From NCBI GenBank assembly GCA_016183065.1, contig JACPFF010000006.1, positions 43,578 through 107,577 on the forward strand: DNA of 64,000 nucleotides. The letters run 5' to 3'. The stretch's first letter is position 1. The number at the start of each line of letters is the position of its first letter. Below are positions 27,040 through 36,734 of the stretch, in pieces. Origin of the DNA: Deltaproteobacteria bacterium. GTDB lineage: Bacteria > UBA10199 > GCA-002796325 > JACPFF01. The position numbers and the translations under genes are program-made. The notes under the pieces are model-generated. The model ran no database searches and was not told where the DNA came from. It saw only the letters and a program-made list of their open reading frames with translations.

Positions 27040-28677
27040 GTGGGGGAACGACGGCAAGGAGCGATTCTTTGGAAAGGGGCACGGTGGGGGGTGTCCCTTT
27101 GCCTGATCGGGTGCTCCGCCTGCGGTTCCGATAGCACGAGTAGTAACAGGGGAGCTGCCGTGACGACCGACGGCGGGAACAACATCGAAATCGCCGGTGA
27201 GACCGATGTGGTGGGCAATGTGGCAGCGTTGGAACATGGCGATATCTATCTGGTCGACTTGAGCAGTGGTTCCGCAGTACTCGATTTTTCCAGTTTTCCA
27301 TCGACCGCGGAATTTCAGCTGGTGGTCCAATCGACACGGACGGTCGCCGGGTCGCAACAGGTGAGCGTGAGTGATGTGGCCGCAGCCATTCCGCCATCGG
27401 TCTCCAAAGCGGTTGCGTTGGGGAATACGCTGGCGGTGCAGGAATATTTCGACGCACATTTGCGCGAGGTCGAAGCCTCGATGGACGCGGATACCGCGGT
27501 GACGCCGGTGATCGGGGCAAAGGGGGTGTCCAAGGCGGTGACCGTGGGGAGTACGGAGACCTTCCGGGTCTTGTCCTCACTGACCACGACGAGCGCCTAT
27601 ACATCGGTATCCGCGACCGTGCGTTGCATGACCTCCCAGATTGCGCTCTATCTGGACGACGAGGTTTCGACGTCGCTTACTGAGTCCCAGCTCGCCACGC
27701 TGTGCGACCAATTTTCCGATGCCCTCCAGACCGAGTTCACCGTGCTGGGCGATCCGCCCGATATCAATACCGACGGGGTCATCGCGGTCCTCATGACCAA
27801 GGCGGTCAATGAATTGGGGGGGAGTCTCGGCGGGATTGTCACCGGATTCTTTTTTGGCGGTGATTTGCTCTCGCGGTCCTCGTCAAATCCCGCGAGCAAT
27901 GAGCGGGAGATTATTTTTACGTTGGTCCCCGATCCTGCCGGGACGTACGGCGTGAAGATCCCCACGAATTTCGCCATGGACAATTTGTTGACGGCCGTTG
28001 TGCCGCATGAGGTGCAACATCTCCTCAGTTATTCTTCGCATGTCATTACCAAAAAAGGTGCCTCAGAGACCACATGGCTCAATGAAGCGCTCTCGCACCT
28101 GATCGAGGATGTGGTCGGGTATGGGCAGGAGAATCCCTCCCGCGTCGAACTCTTTCTCGCATCCACCGATGACACGGCCTTGATCCCCTCGGGATCACCG
28201 GGATTGACGGAGCGCGGGGCGTCTTATCTCTTTCTCCGCTTTCTCTATGAGCAGCACAGCAACCGCTCGAACTTTCTCAATACCCTGGTCAATACCACCG
28301 AGACCGGCGTCAGCAATGTGGTCTCCTCGTATGGCGGCGGTGTCGAGGCCTTTGATGCGTGGGACGAGTTTTTGATGCGGTGGGGCGTGGCCCTGGCGGT
28401 GACGAATCAAAATGTGACGAGTGATGCGCGCTACATTTACAACTCGCGTGTCTATAATAGTGGTACTGGGCATTGGCAGGGCGTCTGTCTGATGTGCGAT
28501 ACCGAAGATGGACGGAGCACAGCGTTATCGGGTCCCGCGACGTTTTCGGCCAATGGGGCGACATTGTCCTTGGTGGCGGGGGCCAATGCCGTGATCGATC
28601 TCGCCAATCCCGCCACCACGGTCACTCTGGAGGCTGCCGGTGCTGACCTGCAAGGGATCCTCATTCGCACGCAGTGA
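27040..28677 (+). CDS. lipoprotein zinc metallopeptidase, MA-clan gluzincin (HEVQH ... WLNEALSH), paralog 2
   Basis: GTG 27040. VSLCLIGC is a lipobox. By eye, roughly half the positions match paralog 1 across the catalytic region. Confidence 0.75.
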   Translation: MGERRQGAILWKGARWGVSLCLIGCSACGSDSTSSNRGAAVTTDGGNNIEIAGETDVVGNVAALEHGDIYLVDLSSGSAVLDFSSFPSTAEFQLVVQSTRTVAGSQQVSVSDVAAAIPPSVSKAVALGNTLAVQEYFDAHLREVEASMDADTAVTPVIGAKGVSKAVTVGSTETFRVLSSLTTTSAYTSVSATVRCMTSQIALYLDDEVSTSLTESQLATLCDQFSDALQTEFTVLGDPPDINTDGVIAVLMTKAVNELGGSLGGIVTGFFFGGDLLSRSSSNPASNEREIIFTLVPDPAGTYGVKIPTNFAMDNLLTAVVPHEVQHLLSYSSHVITKKGASETTWLNEALSHLIEDVVGYGQENPSRVELFLASTDDTALIPSGSPGLTERGASYLFLRFLYEQHSNRSNFLNTLVNTTETGVSNVVSSYGGGVEAFDAWDEFLMRWGVALAVTNQNVTSDARYIYNSRVYNSGTGHWQGVCLMCDTEDGRSTALSGPATFSANGATLSLVAGANAVIDLANPATTVTLEAAGADLQGILIRTQ

Positions 28678-28685
28678 CACGCCAT

Positions 28686-28731
28686 CAACGCCAACGTCAT
28701 CCCGACGAACGTCCGGATGATGTTGGCGTTG
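28686..28731 (+). terminator. long imperfect inverted repeat (~22-nt arms), 9 nt after the metallopeptidase-2 stop; possible terminator or protein-binding palindrome
   Basis: CAACGCCAACGTCATCCCGACG / CGTCCGGATGATGTTGGCGTTG, with two non-Watson-Crick positions. No following T-run. Confidence 0.4.
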
Positions 28732-28793
28732 GCGGGATGATGAGGGAGTTTCTCCTTTACATTCCCGCCCCCCCTTTCTAGGATACGGCCCGC

Positions 28794-29582
28794 ATGCACC
28801 CGATATTATTTACGATCCCGCTCTTTGGTGGTCTCACGATCTACACATACGGGGTCCTCGTGGCGACCGCCTTTCTGGTCGGCATGTTCTGGGTCGACCG
28901 TGAGGCCCGGCGGGTCGGCGAGAACCCGGCCCGTGCCACGGATCTGGTCTTCTACATCATCGTGGCAGCCATCGTCGGGTCCCGAATTGTTTACGTCCTC
29001 GTCTCCGAGCGGGAGCAATTTTTCCAAGACCCCTTGAGCTTCTTTCGCATTTGGGAAGGCGGCCTTGTTTTCTACGGCGGTTTCCTCGGGGCCCTGCTCG
29101 TGGCCCTCTGGTACATCCAAAAACATCACCTCAATTTTTGGCGCACCGCGGATATCTTTGTCCCTGGCGTGGCGCTTGGGCATGCGATTGGACGTGTCGG
29201 ATGCCTCATGGCCGGCTGCTGCCATGGACGGCCCGCGCTCCATAACGCGTGGTGGACGCTCACGTTTCCGCCCCATGAGCATGGGTTCGCCCCGCCCGGG
29301 GTTCCGCTCTATCCCACGCAGCCACTCGAGTCGATCGCGGAGCTCCTGATCTTTGCGATCTTGGTGGTCGTTGGCCGGCGGAAACGGTTCGAGGGAGAGG
29401 TCTTTGCCACCTATCTGTTTCTCTATGCCATTGTGCGAACGGCCCTTGAGACCGTGCGGGGCGATGCCGTCCGCGGGTTTCTCTTTGGCGGCCTCCTATC
29501 GACGAGTCAGGCGATCAGCCTCCTCCTCGGGTTCGCGGCCATCGGGATTTGGGTCGTCCGTCGTCGAAAGGATCCTGCATGA
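28794..29582 (+). CDS. lgt: prolipoprotein diacylglyceryl transferase (copy 1)
   Basis: 262 aa. Lgt features: GGLTIYTYGVLVATAF, WEGGLVFYGG, GRVGCLMAGCCHGRP. Confidence 0.9.
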   Translation: MHPILFTIPLFGGLTIYTYGVLVATAFLVGMFWVDREARRVGENPARATDLVFYIIVAAIVGSRIVYVLVSEREQFFQDPLSFFRIWEGGLVFYGGFLGALLVALWYIQKHHLNFWRTADIFVPGVALGHAIGRVGCLMAGCCHGRPALHNAWWTLTFPPHEHGFAPPGVPLYPTQPLESIAELLIFAILVVVGRRKRFEGEVFATYLFLYAIVRTALETVRGDAVRGFLFGGLLSTSQAISLLLGFAAIGIWVVRRRKDPA

Positions 29583-30082
29583 TGCGTGTTCGTTCCGCGT
29601 CGGTGTGGTGGTCACTGCTGCTCGGGATTGCCTGCATCGGCATGGGGAGCGGGTGTGCGAAACCACTTGTCCGCGGCAATGTCGAGGCCATGCCACCGGT
29701 GACGAAGACGTTTTCCGCCGGACCCAATGCCATTTATTATGGTGTCCGGTGGGCTCTGGCCGAGCGCGGCTATCCGGTCGGGTTCGAGGATCTGCATGGC
29801 GGGGTGATTACGACCGCCTGGGTGCCGGTGGGGGCGAATTCCCATTATCTCCGTCCCTTCAAGACGCCGGACTATGGGACGACCGGCGCCTATCATCAGT
29901 TGGAAGTGCGGGTGATGCCGACCGGTGGCGGAGGGACAACCGTTTCGGTTGTCTCACGCGTCAACAGTATTATTCGCGGCCTCCACTCGAGTGGACGTGA
30001 GGAGGCCGGGGTGCTGGAGGAGATTCAACATTATCTCCATGGGAGTGGTGTGGAAGTGACCAACATCGGTGTGGAGGAGTGA
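29579..30082 (+). CDS. lipoprotein of unknown function
   Basis: Track ORF 29549..30082. ATG 29579 forms an ATGA overlap with the lgt stop. Signal sequence MMRVRSASVWWSLLLGIACIGMGSGC. Confidence 0.65.
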   Translation: MMRVRSASVWWSLLLGIACIGMGSGCAKPLVRGNVEAMPPVTKTFSAGPNAIYYGVRWALAERGYPVGFEDLHGGVITTAWVPVGANSHYLRPFKTPDYGTTGAYHQLEVRVMPTGGGGTTVSVVSRVNSIIRGLHSSGREEAGVLEEIQHYLHGSGVEVTNIGVEE

Positions 30083-30107
30083 CCACCACGTGATAGTGCC
30101 GGCCGCT

Positions 30108-32884
30108 ATGGATTACAAATCAACACTCAATTTGCCACAGACGGCATTCCCCATGAAGGCGGAACTCGCGCAGCGCGAACCGCTCATGGTGGAGCGCTGG
30201 CGTGAAGGACGGGTCTACGACGCCATGCTGGCCGCGCGAAAGCTGGCCCCGCCGTTTGTGCTGCACGACGGTCCCCCCTATGCCAATGGGCACATCCACT
30301 TTGGGCACATCCTGAACAAGGTGTTGAAAGATATCGTCATCAAGTCGCGTGCCATGGCCGGGGCCTACACGCCATTTCTCCCCGGATGGGATTGTCATGG
30401 CCTGCCGATTGAATTGGCCGTCGAGAAAGGACTGGGAGGACGACATCGGGATCACGATGTGATCGCGGTGCGGAAGGCGTGCCGTGCCTATGCCGAACAG
30501 TACATCCATATCCAGCGCGAGGAGTTTCGACGCCTCGGCTGTCTGGCGGCCTGGGAGACACCCTATTGCACCATGGACTTTCGCTATCAGGCGGAGATTG
30601 CGCGGCGCTTTGCCGCCGTGGTGGAGCGGGGGGCCGTCTATAGCGGTCGGCGTCCCATCTATTGGTGCCCCTCCTGTCAGACGGCCCTTGCCGAGGCCGA
30701 AGTCGAATATGCCACGCACACCTCACCGTCCATCTACGTCAAGTTCCCGCTCACGGATATCGATGATCTTCGGGCCCGGTGGGGGATCGGCGATCCGCCG
30801 GTCTTTGTCGTGATCTGGACCACGACCCCGTGGACGATTCCCGCAAACCTTGGCGTCGCATTGCATCCTGATCTTTCGTATAGTGCGGTGGCCGTGGACC
30901 GTGAGGTCTGGATTGTGGCCGAAGGGCGGTGCGAGGCCATGTTCCGCGACATCGGTCGCACCGACTATCGCGTCCTTGGGCCCGTCCGCTCGGCAGATCT
31001 GGAACGCCGCCATGCCCGCCATCCGCTCGTGGACCGCCCATCGCTCGTGATGCTCGGGACCATGGTCACGCTCGACGCCGGGAGCGGCTGTGTCCATGTG
31101 GCGCCAGGGCACGGGGAAGAAGACTTTGCCCTCGGCATGACCTACGGCCTGGAGGCCTTTGCGCCGATCGATGACCGCGGGGCCTTCACGCCAGACGTTG
31201 GACTGCCATGGCTCGTCGGGATGAACACCGGGACGGCCAATCCGCGGATTCTCGAGGCATTGCGGGCGGAGGACCGGTTGATTCACGCCGGGAAGGTCGA
31301 ACACCAATATCCCCATTGTTGGCGATGCAAACAACCGATCCTCTTTCGTGTCACCGAGCAGTGGTTTGTCTCCATGGAGAGCACAGGGTTGCGGCGTGCG
31401 GCCTTGGCAGCGATCGATGCCGTGACATGGATTCCGGCGTGGGGGAGAGCGCGGATCCACGGGATGATGGAAAACCGGCCGGACTGGTGCATTTCGCGCC
31501 AACGGAGTTGGGGCGTCCCCCTTATTGCGGTGCGGTGCGGAGCGTGCGGTGCGCGGAGCACGACGGCCGATTTTGTCCGTCGCGTGGCGGATCGCATCGC
31601 CACCGCCGGGGCCGACTGTTGGTACACCGAACCGTTGAGCGCGCTCTTGCCGCCAGAGTATCGCTGTCCGCACTGCCACGAGAGCGGGGCCTTCACCAAA
31701 GAATACGATATCCTCGATGTCTGGTTCGACTCCGGGAGTTCCTTTGCCGCAGTCATCCGCCAGATGCTCGGGATGCAGGGACCGGCGGATCTCTATCTGG
31801 AGGGGAGCGATCAGCACCGGGGATGGTTCCATACCTCGTTGCTGGTGGGACTCGAGACCGAAGGGGTCGCGCCCTATCGGAGCGTGTTGACCCACGGTTT
31901 TGTGGTCGATGGCGAGGGGAAGAAATATTCAAAGTCGGCCAAGAATTATCTCCCCCCCGACCAGGTGCTCTCGCGCTATGGGGCCGAAATCCTGCGACTC
32001 TGGGTCGCGGCGGAGGATTATAGCGGGAAATCATCACGCGATTGGCCGATGCCTATCGGAAGATCCGGAATACCTGGCGGTTTCTCTTGGGGAACCTCCA
32101 CGATTTTTCTCCCGCCCGTGATCGCGTGCCCTATGCGGCGCTCGAGTCGCTTGACCGGTGGATTCTTGCCGAGAGCAATCGACTCGTGGTCCGCTGTCGC
32201 CGCGCCTACGACGGATACGAGTTTCACCATGTCTACCACGCGGTAAACACCTTTTGCACCGTGCAACTGAGCGCGCGCTATCTCGATATTTGCAAGGACC
32301 GTCTCTACTGCGAGGGCGCGGCGAGTGTCACACGCCGCGCTGCGCAGACGACGATGTGGTGCGTGGGAGAGACGCTCGTACGCATGATGGCGCCGATCCT
32401 TTCGTTTACGGCCGAAGAGGTGTGGGACCATCTCCCCGGCGGCGGGACCGAGCAGGGATCGGTTTTTCTCGCGCCGCTTCCGACGATCGTGGCCGAGTGG
32501 AGCGATGACCCCCTCATCGCGCGGTGGAACCGCCTCTGGGAGGTGCGGGAGATCGTCAACAAGAGTCTGGAGACGGCACGGGCGGAGAAGCGCATTGGCA
32601 ATGCCCTGGGGGCGATGGTCACCATTGCCTGTCCGGAAGAGTCGCGCGGATTTCTCGCCTCGTTTGGCCCACAGTTGGCCGACCTCTTGATCGTCTCCGA
32701 AATTCGCTTTGACACTGGCCCCGAGGCTGCCGCAGGAGAGACCGCTGGCGACGTGGTCGTGCAGGTGGCACCGGCCGCGGGGAAGAAGTGTGTCCGCTGC
32801 TGGAAATGGAGTCGCGCAGTGGGGACGCATGCCGGGCATCCGGAGCTGTGCGAGCGGTGCACCACGGTGGTGATGCATGCCTGA
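30108..32884 (+). pseudogene. ileS: isoleucine--tRNA ligase, reading frame broken near 32024-32044
   Basis: Track ORF 30069..32246 carries the N-terminal ~640 aa (HIGH region PYANGHIHFGH, KMSKS-like KYSKS). Track ORF 32042..32884 in the next frame carries ADAYRKIRNTWRFLLGNL... through to the Zn-finger C-terminus. ATG 30108 gives MDYKSTLNLPQT. Confidence 0.85.
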
Positions 32885-32892
32885 CTTGCGTC

Positions 32893-32977
32893 TACTATTG
32901 GAGGGGCTCACGTCGCCCCCCCAACGGGCAAAGCCCGTTGGGCCCCCCCCTCTCGCGCGCTGTGCGCGCTGGGGAAC
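32893..32977. repeat. MITE/REP-like element, partial copy B (inverse of copy A), immediately after ileS
   Basis: 32893-32935 is the exact reverse complement of 26776-26818. 32944-32977 matches the reverse complement of 26678-26711 except for 2 nt. It contains a perfect hairpin CCCAACGGGC-aaa-GCCCGTTGGG (32920-32942). Confidence 0.6.
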
Positions 32978-32998
32978 TTCCAACACGGGGCGACCGCA

Positions 32999-33523
32999 AT
33001 GAAATTTGCCTATCGTCCCCTCTGCATTGTCACGCCGCTCGTCTTTCTCCTCGACCAATGGACGAAATGGATGGTTGTTCGCCATATTCCCCTCGGTCAT
33101 GGCCTGGCCATCCTCCCGGGGTACATCGACCTCGTCCACGTGCGGAATCGCGGGGCGGCCTTCGGGCTCTTTGCCGGCGGGGACTCCCCGTGGCGGGCGC
33201 CATTTTTTTATCTCGTCTCCATCGTGGCCGTCGGGGTCATTCTCTGGATTGTCCGCCATCTGCGCGAGACGGAACGCCTGATGGCGGTGACCATGGCGCT
33301 GATCCTCGGGGGGATCTTTGGCAACCTCCTCGATCGGCTCCGGCTCGGTGCGGTCACCGATTTTTTGTCCTGCCACTTTCGTGATGTCGTGATCGACGGG
33401 ACGCTCCTCGGGTTTCGTATCCGGTTTCCCCTCGACTGGCCCGCCTTCAATGTTGCCGATAGCGCCATCACGATCAGTATGCTACTGTTGGCGTACCATA
33501 TTGTGCGATCTCCACACCAGTGA
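32999..33523 (+). CDS. lspA: lipoprotein signal peptidase II
   Basis: 174 aa. LDQWTKWMV, NRGAAFG and FNVADSAI motifs. Confidence 0.9.
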   Translation: MKFAYRPLCIVTPLVFLLDQWTKWMVVRHIPLGHGLAILPGYIDLVHVRNRGAAFGLFAGGDSPWRAPFFYLVSIVAVGVILWIVRHLRETERLMAVTMALILGGIFGNLLDRLRLGAVTDFLSCHFRDVVIDGTLLGFRIRFPLDWPAFNVADSAITISMLLLAYHIVRSPHQ

Positions 33524-33529
33524 GGACCC

Positions 33530-34327
33530 ATGCGCCCCATCCTATTTTATATCGGTGATACCCCCATTTATCCGTTCTTCCTGACGATCATGGTGGGGGC
33601 CCTGATTGCCACATTCGTTGCCGCCCGCATGGCCCGCAAAGCGGGGCTCTCCCCGGTGGCGATTATCGATATGGGGATCATTGCGATGATCCTGTCGGTG
33701 ATCGGCTCGCGCGTGTTCCACATCCTCTTTGAATACCCCATGTATTATTGGGAACATCCGATGCGGGTCTTTGATTTTCTTGCCGGGGGCTTTGTGTCGC
33801 TGGGGGCGTACATCTTTTCCGCGGCCGGTTGGTTCTGCTATTTTCGCCGCAAGCAGCTCCCGATCCTCCCCTATTTCGACCTGATCGTCCGCGTGGTCCC
33901 GGTGGTGATGTTCTTTGTCCGCCTCGGCTGTCTCCTGACCGGTTGCTGTTATGGACGTCCGACCGATTTCTTTTTTCACCTTGTGTTCAAGCCGGGATCG
34001 ACCGCCTACTATTTTCACCAGGACACCCCACTCCATGCGAGCCAGGTCTATGCCATGGCCTGTTCCATCGTGATTTTTGTGGTGTTGCAACGGCTCTATC
34101 ACCGGCGGAAATTCCATGGACAGGTCCTGGCAGTCTATCTCATGTGTGCCGGGGTGACGCGGTTTCTGTTCGAGTTTACGCGCGGTGACGTGGATCGTGG
34201 TGTCTATCTCCCGGAGATTTTCCCCCCGTACGGCATTTCCACCGGCCAGATCGTGATGCTCCTCTTCTTCGGTGTCGGTGTCTGGCTCTATCGAACCGGG
34301 CGACGGCGGTATCCGCTCCATGGCTAG
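33530..34327 (+). CDS. lgt: prolipoprotein diacylglyceryl transferase paralog (copy 2)
   Basis: 265 aa. PIYPFFLTIMVGALIA, RLGCLLTGCCYGRPTD; Lgt topology. Confidence 0.85.
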   Translation: MRPILFYIGDTPIYPFFLTIMVGALIATFVAARMARKAGLSPVAIIDMGIIAMILSVIGSRVFHILFEYPMYYWEHPMRVFDFLAGGFVSLGAYIFSAAGWFCYFRRKQLPILPYFDLIVRVVPVVMFFVRLGCLLTGCCYGRPTDFFFHLVFKPGSTAYYFHQDTPLHASQVYAMACSIVIFVVLQRLYHRRKFHGQVLAVYLMCAGVTRFLFEFTRGDVDRGVYLPEIFPPYGISTGQIVMLLFFGVGVWLYRTGRRRYPLHG

Positions 34328-34991
34328 CACCGGGAAGGGGGCACTGCTGCTCGAAGTCCTGGCCGCGACTGCGGCGCTGGTGTTGTTGCTCCGTCTGTTG
34401 CATCACGTGTCGTGGGGCCCCATCCATGCCTATAGCAGCGTGATCTTCCTGGCCGTCGCGATCTACGGACCATGGCTGTTGCTCCGATGGCGGGGTCGGT
34501 CGGTCGACTTCCTCGAGGTGTCACCCGGGGCCATGGGCCGGAGTCTCTGGAGCTATCTGCTCTTTTCCTGTGCTATCTTTCCGGCATTCCTGGTCGCGGC
34601 CCATGGCTGGCAGTGGCTTGTCGAAGGCCGCTCGCTGGCGTCATCGCTGGTCTGGTGGCCGGGGACGCCTGCGGTCGTTGCACAAATTATCCTCGTGGCA
34701 TTGCCGGAGGAATTTTTTTTCCGCGGATATGTCCAGAGTACACTCGACAAAATTTTCCACGCACGCTGGCGGCTTTTTGGTGCGCGACTCGGGTGGAGCT
34801 GGCTCCTGACTGCCGGGCTCTTTGCGCTGGCCCACAGCATGATTTTCTATCAGTGGTGGCATTTTGCCATTCTCTTTCCGGGGCTCGCCTTTGGGTATCT
34901 CCGGGCCCGTACCAACGGGATTCTGGCATCGACCCTCTTTCACGCGAGCGCGAATCTTGTGATGTGGTGGGTGGGGAGTAACTATCGGTAA
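34320..34991 (+). CDS. CPBP-family (CAAX-type) intramembrane glutamic metalloprotease
   Basis: Track ORF 34272..34991. ATG 34320 overlaps lgt2 by 8 nt. Motifs EEFFFRGY, FALAHS, FHASANL. Confidence 0.85.
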   Translation: MASTGKGALLLEVLAATAALVLLLRLLHHVSWGPIHAYSSVIFLAVAIYGPWLLLRWRGRSVDFLEVSPGAMGRSLWSYLLFSCAIFPAFLVAAHGWQWLVEGRSLASSLVWWPGTPAVVAQIILVALPEEFFFRGYVQSTLDKIFHARWRLFGARLGWSWLLTAGLFALAHSMIFYQWWHFAILFPGLAFGYLRARTNGILASTLFHASANLVMWWVGSNYR

Positions 34992-35113
34992 TGACATCCC
35001 CGAAGATGTACGGGGTCAGGAAGAGTGAACAGACCATAATTATCAATGATATTGAATTGTTATAGGACATCCTTGGACATTTTATCCGGATGTGACTATG
35101 TGGGCGGCGGCGT

Positions 35114-36688
35114 ATGGCAAATGAATTGATCGTCAATGTCACATTGGGTGAAACCCGGGTCGCGCGTCTGGAGAACGGTGTGGTGGCCGAGCTCTACATT
35201 GAACGGGCCCGTGATACCGGGATTCTCGGGAATATCTACAAGGGGAAAGTGGTTCGTGTCCTGCCGGGGATGCAGGCGGCATTTGTCGATCTCGGGCTTG
35301 AGCGCACCGGATTTCTCCATGTCGCCAATATCCTCTCCCCGGATGTGGCCGGAGAATCGCCCTTTCCCGCCATGACCGATGATGAGGACGAGACCGCCCC
35401 CGTGTTGGAGGAATCCGCCGAGGAGACGGCGCCCCGTGAAAAACCCTCCACGCGCGGCCGCCGCAGGCGTCGCAATGGTGGGTACCGGCAGATCCAGGAT
35501 CTGGTGAAGGAGGGGGAAGAGATCCTCGTGCAGGTCGTGAAAGAGCCGATCAGCACGAAAGGGGCGCGGCTCAATTCTTATCTCTCCCTCCCCGGGCGTC
35601 ATCTGGTCTATATGCCCTCGGTCGATCATATCGGCGTCTCGCGGCGGATTGGCGATGACAAAGAACGCCGACGACTGCGGGCCCTCATTGCCCAACATAA
35701 GCCCAAGGGGGCCGGATTCATCATTCGCACCGCCTCGGAGGGGGTCAGTGATGCGGAGATTGTCGCCGATATCGAATATCTGGGACGGATTGGCGGCAAG
35801 ATCGAGAAGGCCACGGCGCAAGCCAAGGCGCCGGCGCTGGTCCATGCGGAACTCGACATCATCCTTCGCGTGGTTCGGGACCTGTTTACCACCGATATCG
35901 ATCGCCTCGTGATCGACTCCGACAAGGAATACGAGCGGATTCGCGAGTTCGTCGATACCTTCATGCCGAGTCTGAAAAAGAACATCCAGCTCTACACCGC
36001 AGAAGAACCGATCTTCGATCGTTTTGCCATCGAAGTGGAGATCAACCGGGCGATGGGACAGAAGGTCTGGCTCAAATCCGGTGGCTATATCATTATCGAG
36101 CAGACCGAGGCCCTCACCGCGATCGATGTCAACACCGGACGATTCGTGGGGCGGGGTAATGTCGAGGATACGATCCTCAAAACGAATCTGGAAGCGGTCA
36201 AAGAGGTTGTTTACCAACTCCGATTGCGCAATATCGGGGGACTGATCATCCTCGATTTTATCGACATGGATCGCCAGGCGGATCGCACGAAAGTCTACAA
36301 CGTCCTGAAAGAGGCGTTGGAGAGCGACCGGGCGCGGACCAATATCACCAAGATTTCCGAGCTCGGCCTCGTGGAGATGACGCGCAAGCGGACCCGGGAG
36401 GATCTCCGGCGCCAACTGGGCGACCCCTGTCCCTATTGTGAGGGGAAAGGCTTTCTCAAAAGCCCGGCCACGGTCTGTTACGAGATTTTCCGCGAGATTA
36501 TCCGCGAGGCGCGTCATATGGAGGGACGGCAACTCACGGTACTGGCGCATCCCACGGTGACCAACGCCCTCTTTGACGAGGAACGCGCGGCCCTTGAAGA
36601 TGTGGAGCGGCGGATCAAAAAGCGCGTGCAGGTCCAAGCCGTCAACGACTTCCACCTCGAGCAATTCGAAGTCGCCGAGATGACGTAG
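35114..36688 (+). CDS. rng: ribonuclease G/E family endoribonuclease
   Basis: S1 domain GNIYKGKVVRVLPGMQAAFVDLG. Catalytic core ...AIDVNTG.F. Acidic/basic insertion at aa ~75-125. Confidence 0.9.
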   Translation: MANELIVNVTLGETRVARLENGVVAELYIERARDTGILGNIYKGKVVRVLPGMQAAFVDLGLERTGFLHVANILSPDVAGESPFPAMTDDEDETAPVLEESAEETAPREKPSTRGRRRRRNGGYRQIQDLVKEGEEILVQVVKEPISTKGARLNSYLSLPGRHLVYMPSVDHIGVSRRIGDDKERRRLRALIAQHKPKGAGFIIRTASEGVSDAEIVADIEYLGRIGGKIEKATAQAKAPALVHAELDIILRVVRDLFTTDIDRLVIDSDKEYERIREFVDTFMPSLKKNIQLYTAEEPIFDRFAIEVEINRAMGQKVWLKSGGYIIIEQTEALTAIDVNTGRFVGRGNVEDTILKTNLEAVKEVVYQLRLRNIGGLIILDFIDMDRQADRTKVYNVLKEALESDRARTNITKISELGLVEMTRKRTREDLRRQLGDPCPYCEGKGFLKSPATVCYEIFREIIREARHMEGRQLTVLAHPTVTNALFDEERAALEDVERRIKKRVQVQAVNDFHLEQFEVAEMT

Positions 36689-36734
36689 GTCTGCTGCAGT
36701 CGGGATGACAACCTGTAGTGGATAATGAATATGA

